This document shows, piece after piece, positions 28,046 to 32,577 of a stretch of 32,577 bases of DNA. The position numbers were made by a program, and so were the translations under genes. The notes beneath the pieces are model-generated. The model was not told where the DNA came from. It saw nothing but the letters and a program-made list of their open reading frames with translations, and searched no databases. Origin of the DNA: Eubacteriales bacterium (GTDB taxonomy: Bacteria > Bacillota > Clostridia > Oscillospirales > CAG-272); NCBI GenBank assembly GCA_045535915.1, contig JAZSMP010000340.1:1-32577 (forward strand), given 5' to 3'. Numbering within the stretch: the first letter of the stretch is position 1; every line of letters starts with the position of its first letter.

Positions 28046-28074
28046 AAGCCGGAGCAAAAATCAGCTCCGGCTTT
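28046..28074 (-). terminator. Probable terminator after the P-type ATPase gene
   Basis: The hairpin is AAAGCCGGAGC-8 nt-GCTCCGGCTTT, a perfect 11-bp GC-rich stem 17 nt past the ATPase stop. On the minus strand only a short TTT follows, so efficiency is uncertain. Confidence 0.55.
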
Positions 28075-28090
28075 ATAAAAATTATAAAGA

Positions 28091-30775
28091 TCAGTTGCGT
28101 TTTGCAGCAGATACACTGCGCTGAATAAGCTTGATAAGCTCAACAACGGGAATTACAAGGAACGCCAGGCCGATACCAATAAGGTACTCATCAATACCGA
28201 CGGTGCTGAATCCGAATACGGATGCAAGGAAAGGAATTTCGATTACAAGAGTAGTGAGAATGAATGCAAGAGCCATCGCGCCGAAAAGGAACATATTCTT
28301 ACCCTTGAGTGTAAAGATAGAGCCTCGCTGCGAACGCATGTTGAGCGAATGGAAAATCTCTGCCATGGACATTGTAAGGAACGCCATAGTCATACCATGC
28401 GCGGAATGAACACCGTTAACCACAACCTCGGTATACCAGTTCGCACCGAATTCAAAGTTCACACCAATAAAGTATGCAGCAAGGGTGAGAATTGATACCA
28501 TGAGACCCTGATATACCATATCAAAGCCGAGGCCGTTCGAGAAGATACCCTCTTTGCTGGAACGGGGAGGCTGAGTCATGATATCCTTTTCACCGGGTTC
28601 AACGCCGAGTGCAAGCGCAGGGAAACAGTCTGTAATAAGGTTGATCCAGAGCAGATGAGGAGCTTCAAGAATGGTGAAGCCGATCATAGAAGCTGTAAAG
28701 ATCGTAATAACCTCACTCATGTTGGAAGAAAGCAGGAACTGGATCGCCTTACGGATATTGCTGTAAATCTTTCTGCCCTCTTCAACAGCGGCAACAATAG
28801 TAGCAAAGTTGTCATCAGCGAGTACCATGTCAGCAACGTTCTTGGTAACGTCGGTACCTGTAATACCCATGCCGACACCGATATCTGCGCTCTTTATGGA
28901 AGGCGCATCGTTTACACCGTCACCGGTCATAGCGGTAACACAGCCGTGCGCTCTCCATGCATTTACAATACGGGTTTTGTGCTCGGGCTGTACACGTGCA
29001 TATACGGAATACTTTTCAATATCTCGTGCAAGCTCTTCATCACTGATCTCGTCAAGCATTGCGCCCGTGATAGCAAGCTGACCTTCTCCGAGAATGCCGA
29101 GCTGACGTGCGATAGCCGCAGCGGTGTCTCTGTGGTCGCCGGTGATCATAACAGGTCTGATTCCCGCGCGGCGGCATTCCTCGATAGCAAGGGTAACCTC
29201 GGGACGTACAGGGTCGATCATACCGACAAGTCCGAGGAAGATAAGTCCGTTTTCGATCTCTGCAGGCTCCTCGTAAGAAGCAGGTGCGGAATCGTGCATA
29301 CGGTATGCAGCCGCAAGAACTCTGAGAGCCTTGTCTGCAAGACCCTTATTGGCGGCCGAGATCTCATCGCGTATAGCATCGGTAAGCTCAATGACCTTAC
29401 CGTCGCGGAGAATATGCGTACAGCGGCTTACAACAACATCGGGAGCGCCTGTGGTATGCTGAACAAAGCCGCCCTCGACGGACTGATGGACTGTGGTCAT
29501 CATCTTTCTGCCCGAGTCGAAGGGGATCTCTCCTACGCGGGGTTCCTTAGCCTCAAGCTCATACTTGGGCAGTCCGAGCTTTGCGGCATAGTCAACAACA
29601 GCGGTCTGAGTGGGGTCGCCAATAGAGATCAGCTCGCCCTCGGGAAGCTTTGCATCGGTACAGAGACAGAAGGAAACGGCAAGCTTTTCGCGGTCTGAGC
29701 CGTAATCCTCAACGACCGTCATCTTGTTCTGGGTAAGGGTACCTGTCTTATCCGAGCAGATGACCTGAGTGCATCCGAGAGTCTCAACTGCGGTGAGCTT
29801 ACGGATGACAGCATTTCTCTTGGACATTTTGGTAACGCCCATAGAAAGAACGATGGTAACGACTGCCACAAGTCCCTCGAGAATAGCCGCAACGGCAAGG
29901 CTTATAGCGGTCATGAAGGAAGGAAGGATATCATCCTTGAAAGCAAAACCGTCACCGATGCCTCTGAGGACGCCAACGCCGAAGATCACGGCACTGATGG
30001 CAATAACTAGAACGGTAAGAACCTTGGAAAGCTGGTTGAGCTTGATCTGAAGGGGGGTATCGCCTTCCTTAGCGGCAGCAAGAGCGCCTGCGATATTACC
30101 CATTTCGGTATCCATACCGGTTGCTACAACTACAACGGTTCCTCGGCCGTAAACGATAGTAGATCCCATATAGACCATATTCTTACGGTCTCCGAGAGGA
30201 ACATCCTTGTTTCCGTCCTTGGGTACGATCACTTCACTGGTCTTGATTACGGGAACCGATTCACCGGTAAGAGCCGCTTCCTCTGCCTTCATAGAGAAAC
30301 AATCGATAATACGGCAGTCTGCGGGAACAGCATCGCCAGCTTCGAGAACGACGATATCGCCGGGAACGAGCTCCTCGCTCTTTACAACGATCTGATGACC
30401 GTCGCGGATGACCTTGCTGGTCGCCGCCGCCATTTCCTGCAGGGCTTCAATAGCCTTCTCTGCCTTGCTCTCTTGATAAACGCCGAGAATTGCGTTAATG
30501 AGAACGACGACAAGTATAATGAAAAAGTCAGTAGGGAATGCGCCTTCCATCACCTCGGTGATCAAGGATATGCCCGCCGCAACGAGAAGGATAATGATCA
30601 TCGGATCTGCAAGCTCCTTCAGGAACTTTACAAATATCGATTCTTTTTTGCCCTCAGCGAGCTTATTGAGACCGTGCTTCTGCAGTCTTTCGGACGCTTC
30701 AGAAGAGCTCAAACCCTCGGGGCGTGTGTTTTGTTCGATCATAATCTGACCGACTTCACGAAGATATTCTTTCAT
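28091..30775 (-). CDS. P2-type cation-transporting ATPase (Ca2+/Mn2+ pump-like)
   Basis: The motifs present are TGES (LTGESVPV), the phosphorylation site CSDKTGTLTQNKM, MITGDH and TGDGVNDAPSIK. M5 has SSNMSEV and M6 has INLITDCFPA, which resemble the SERCA/PMCA Ca-site residues. I prefer the ATG at 30775 (MKEYLREV), 9 nt after AAAGGAG. The track starts at the TTG at 30784. Confidence 0.9.
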   Translation of the reverse strand: MKEYLREVGQIMIEQNTRPEGLSSSEASERLQKHGLNKLAEGKKESIFVKFLKELADPMIIILLVAAGISLITEVMEGAFPTDFFIILVVVLINAILGVYQESKAEKAIEALQEMAAATSKVIRDGHQIVVKSEELVPGDIVVLEAGDAVPADCRIIDCFSMKAEEAALTGESVPVIKTSEVIVPKDGNKDVPLGDRKNMVYMGSTIVYGRGTVVVVATGMDTEMGNIAGALAAAKEGDTPLQIKLNQLSKVLTVLVIAISAVIFGVGVLRGIGDGFAFKDDILPSFMTAISLAVAAILEGLVAVVTIVLSMGVTKMSKRNAVIRKLTAVETLGCTQVICSDKTGTLTQNKMTVVEDYGSDREKLAVSFCLCTDAKLPEGELISIGDPTQTAVVDYAAKLGLPKYELEAKEPRVGEIPFDSGRKMMTTVHQSVEGGFVQHTTGAPDVVVSRCTHILRDGKVIELTDAIRDEISAANKGLADKALRVLAAAYRMHDSAPASYEEPAEIENGLIFLGLVGMIDPVRPEVTLAIEECRRAGIRPVMITGDHRDTAAAIARQLGILGEGQLAITGAMLDEISDEELARDIEKYSVYARVQPEHKTRIVNAWRAHGCVTAMTGDGVNDAPSIKSADIGVGMGITGTDVTKNVADMVLADDNFATIVAAVEEGRKIYSNIRKAIQFLLSSNMSEVITIFTASMIGFTILEAPHLLWINLITDCFPALALGVEPGEKDIMTQPPRSSKEGIFSNGLGFDMVYQGLMVSILTLAAYFIGVNFEFGANWYTEVVVNGVHSAHGMTMAFLTMSMAEIFHSLNMRSQRGSIFTLKGKNMFLFGAMALAFILTTLVIEIPFLASVFGFSTVGIDEYLIGIGLAFLVIPVVELIKLIQRSVSAAKRN

Positions 30776-30845
30776 AATAATCAACTCCTTTATGTATTTG
30801 CAAGAATATTCTTAACCTTTAAAAATGTTATTTATTCGCCAATTA

Positions 30846-31451
30846 TCAAATAACGTTAAGTCCTTCAAGAAGAAACTTTATTGCGAGCAGAACGAGAATA
30901 CAACCTCCCGTAAGTTCTGCGCTTTTCTTAAATCTCTTACCAAAAAGATTTCCGATCTTTACTCCGATTGCAGAAAGAATGCAGGTAATCACACCGATAG
31001 CGGCAATAGTAAGAAAAATATCGGTTTCTCCGCTGGCTGCTTCATCAAGTGCCAGCGCTACACCAACAGCAAGCGCGTCGATACTTGTAGCGATCGCCAT
31101 GGGGATCATGGTCTTGGCTTTAAAGCATGCGGAACATTCTTCATCCTCTTCTTTTGAAAGAGACTCCTTGATCATATTTCCGCCGATTATGGCAAGAAGT
31201 ATGAAAGCTATAACAGCGCAAACTGTTCCGACTACAGAATCATCAAATTTCGACGAAGCCAGACTTGTTGCTGCTTTACCGATCCAATAACCTATAAGCG
31301 GCATAAAAGCCTGAAAGCTTCCGAAGTAAACTCCGCATATCAAAGCATGCTTCGGTTTCATTTGAACTACAGACAAGCCTTTACATACAGATACGGCGAA
31401 TGCATCGGCAGCAAGGCCGACAGATAACAGAAAAATTTCGAGAAACTGCAA
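30846..31451 (-). CDS. mntP: Manganese efflux pump MntP
   Basis: The ORF is 201 aa with 6 TM helices. The N-terminus LLSVGLAADAFAVSV and the internal repeat IATSIDALAVGV form the duplicated DUF204 motif pair typical of MntP. It uses a TTG start and lies directly downstream of a yybP-ykoY-like leader. Confidence 0.9.
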   Translation of the reverse strand: MQFLEIFLLSVGLAADAFAVSVCKGLSVVQMKPKHALICGVYFGSFQAFMPLIGYWIGKAATSLASSKFDDSVVGTVCAVIAFILLAIIGGNMIKESLSKEEDEECSACFKAKTMIPMAIATSIDALAVGVALALDEAASGETDIFLTIAAIGVITCILSAIGVKIGNLFGKRFKKSAELTGGCILVLLAIKFLLEGLNVI

Positions 31452-31454
31452 AAG

Positions 31455-31490
31455 AAAAAGCCCCCGTTTCTTGTTTTTGAAACCGGCGGC
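31455..31490 (-). terminator. Intrinsic terminator forming the expression platform of the Mn2+ riboswitch
   Basis: The minus strand reads GCCGCCGGTTTC-aaaaacaa-GAAACGGGGGC, followed by TTTTTCTTTT and then the mntP TTG start. The stem has one bulge or mismatch. Confidence 0.6.
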
Positions 31491-31517
31491 AAATATATAG
31501 ACTGATCTGCCGCGCAG

Positions 31518-31617
31518 ATAAGTCTTGTCGTTAAGGCTGACCTTTAGACTAAGCCACGGAAAACCCGAGGATGTTGACTTAATCCCATTCTCTGCGGAAT
31601 GTCGACTACTCCCTTAT
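31518..31617 (-). promoter_or_regulatory. yybP-ykoY family (Mn2+-sensing) riboswitch aptamer
   Basis: The minus strand has a closing helix AUAAG...CUUAU. It encloses GGAGUAG right after the 5' arm and ACAAGA right before the 3' arm, with an internal GUCAACAU. These are the same conserved blocks as in the characterised L. lactis and B. subtilis yybP-ykoY aptamers as I recall them. The downstream gene is mntP, a classic regulon member. Confidence 0.8.
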
Positions 31618-31624
31618 GTGGTAA

Positions 31625-31653
31625 ATTATAGCATATTTCAAATCAAAAATCAA
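31625..31653 (-). promoter_or_regulatory. Sigma-A promoter for the riboswitch-mntP transcript
   Basis: The minus strand reads TTGATT (31653-31648), a 17-nt spacer and TATAAT (31630-31625) preceded by TGC, giving an extended -10. The -10 ends about 8 nt upstream of the aptamer. Confidence 0.55.
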
Positions 31654-31715
31654 GTGGTATTAAATAAAAATCCCGATTTTACAATTTGTTCATATACCTT
31701 TTTTCAGGAAAAACA

Positions 31716-31744
31716 TATACAAATGATTAATTTTATGCTATAAT
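31716..31744 (+). promoter_or_regulatory. Candidate extended -10 promoter for the SLOG-family gene
   Basis: TGCTATAAT lies at 31736-31744, and the -35 (TATACA) at 17-nt spacing is weak. An AAAGGAAACG RBS region precedes the ATG at 31773. Confidence 0.4.
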
Positions 31745-31772
31745 TGTTTTATCACTCAAAGGAAACGAAAAA

Positions 31773-32297
31773 ATGATAATTCCACCCGAAATCACATCCG
31801 TATGCTTTACAGGTCACAGAGAACTCTCAAAAGCTGAAGAGCAGTACATAAAAGAAAAGCTGACACGCTTGCTAAACGTTCTTATTAATAATCACCGTTT
31901 GAAAAACTGTTATGCAGGCGGAGCAACAGGCTTTGATACGGTTGCTTCACAGGTCGTTCTTAATATTCAAAAAGAACAGCCCGATATTAAATTGAATTTA
32001 ATACTACCCTGCATCGGCCAAGAAAACAAGTGGTCATCAGATCAAAAGAAGATCTATAATGAAATCAAGCAAAAAGCAAACAGTGTACGAACGCTGTCAC
32101 CTTTCTTTTATAACGGATGTATGCAGGCGCGCAACAAAGAGCTGCTTCTCTCCTCTGACTTATGTATTGCATACCTCCGTGCAGGTACAAGGGGAGGCGG
32201 AAGCCTCAACACTGTAATTCAAGCAACAAAAATGGGGATCGCAGTAATTAATCTGGCTGACCCGGAAAGTGAGATCATGAATGAAATTTCCGAATGA
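31773..32297 (+). CDS. SLOG-superfamily Rossmann-like protein (YpsA/DUF1273- or DprA-like fold)
   Basis: The ORF is 174 aa. It has the N-terminal CFTGHR motif, then AGGATGFDT (GG.xG.D nucleotide-loop type), ARN, and a late TRGGGSLNT block. This layout matches SLOG/DUF1273-type proteins as I recall them. Confidence 0.6.
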   Translation: MIIPPEITSVCFTGHRELSKAEEQYIKEKLTRLLNVLINNHRLKNCYAGGATGFDTVASQVVLNIQKEQPDIKLNLILPCIGQENKWSSDQKKIYNEIKQKANSVRTLSPFFYNGCMQARNKELLLSSDLCIAYLRAGTRGGGSLNTVIQATKMGIAVINLADPESEIMNEISE

Positions 32298-32577
32298 AAT
32301 AATTCCGGCATATGCAATATGGAAAAATAACAGCTCTGAAAAAGACGAATATGTTGACTTTCTGCCAAATGTTGATTTTGAAGATAACACCGAATATACC
32401 TTAAGAATAGTCTGTGATACTGACAGAGCGGTTTATCTCGACGGTAAATTGCTTTCTTTTGGTCAATATGCGGATTATCCCGATACTCCCGCTTATGAGG
32501 ATATCAAATTCCATACAAATACTGACAGCAAACTCAAGATTACCGTATGGCATTCGGGCATTGATTCGCAAACACAT
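32281..32577 (+). CDS. Partial CDS (N-terminal 99 codons) resembling the N-terminal beta-sandwich of alpha-L-rhamnosidase-like glycoside hydrolases. It continues beyond the window.
   Basis: This ORF is not in the track because it has no stop in the window. Hand translation from the ATG at 32281 gives MKFPNEIIPAYAIWKNNSSEKDEYVDFLPNVDFEDNTEYTLRIVCDTDRAVYLDGKLLSFGQYADYPDTPAYEDIKFH. The frame stays open to the window end. The pattern (A.W, then a block ending L.I.. D.. ..YL.GK.L..G) is reminiscent of GH78-type N-terminal domains. It overlaps the SLOG gene by 17 nt. Confidence 0.45.
   Translation, partial: MKFPNEIIPAYAIWKNNSSEKDEYVDFLPNVDFEDNTEYTLRIVCDTDRAVYLDGKLLSFGQYADYPDTPAYEDIKFHTNTDSKLKITVWHSGIDSQTH

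Noticed and set aside
28655-29698. A 347-aa plus-strand ORF, the longest unexplained ORF in the window.
   Set aside because: It lies entirely antisense to the conserved catalytic core of the P-type ATPase. It has no recognisable motifs and no upstream RBS or promoter. It is a typical long shadow ORF opposite a relatively GC-rich, codon-biased gene.
30785-30845. An AT-rich hairpin (GTTATTT...AAATAAC followed by ATTTTT) considered as a terminator after mntP.
   Set aside because: It has only 7 A/T-dominated base pairs with a 14-nt loop, which is too weak to call a terminator. I treat read-through into the ATPase gene as open (see findings).
31525-31743. A 72-aa plus-strand ORF between mntP and the SLOG gene.
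   Set aside because: It is antisense to the riboswitch aptamer and its promoter, and it overlaps the SLOG gene promoter. The structured RNA explains the conservation-like features better.
1-32577. A window-wide look for CRISPR repeats, IS or transposase genes, integrases, phage modules, toxin-antitoxin pairs, tRNA or rRNA, and recognisable defence-system genes.
   Set aside because: I could see no periodic direct repeats, terminal inverted repeats or matching protein signatures. Every long ORF is accounted for by housekeeping or sporulation functions. A by-eye scan cannot exclude short or degenerate repeats, so a repeat finder and a tRNA/Rfam scan should confirm this.

Overview
This window looks like a gene-dense core chromosomal segment of a low-GC, spore-forming Firmicute, probably a Clostridia member. 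That placement is inferred from the yabP-yabQ-divIC sporulation cluster, the cdaA-cdaR pair and AGGAGG-type ribosome binding sites. I call 32 protein-coding genes, 26 of them on the minus strand, and two run off the window edges.

The minus-strand genes are, in coordinate order:
- a tightly packed array of ispE, an Eis-like GNAT, a split ThrE-type exporter, a spermidine-synthase-fold protein, a SufC-like/SufBD-like pair and L-serine dehydratase
- a MOP flippase, mazG, yabO, yabP, yabQ and divIC
- cdaA, cdaR, a COG2509 flavoprotein, recJ, relA, dtd, hemZ and a uridine-kinase-like gene
- cls
- a yybP-ykoY (Mn2+) riboswitch leading mntP, followed by a P-type cation ATPase

The plus-strand islands are htpG with a small TSCPD protein, an Fe-alcohol dehydrogenase with araD, and a SLOG-family gene overlapping a truncated glycosidase-like gene.

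I found no rRNA, tRNA, CRISPR array, transposase, integrase, phage genes or recognisable defence system. I also cannot point to a convincing, clearly novel multi-gene system.

The observations most worth follow-up are:
1. The Mn riboswitch leading two different cation exporters.
2. The P-type ATPase, whose near-invariant M4 PEGLP motif reads LEGLV.
3. A flavoprotein that overlaps the end of cdaR, where glmM normally sits.
4. An uncharacterised GNAT / exporter / aminopropyltransferase-fold block in the same tightly packed gene array as a minimal SUF-like pair and serine dehydratase.

All functional calls come from motif recognition by eye, and no database search was run.
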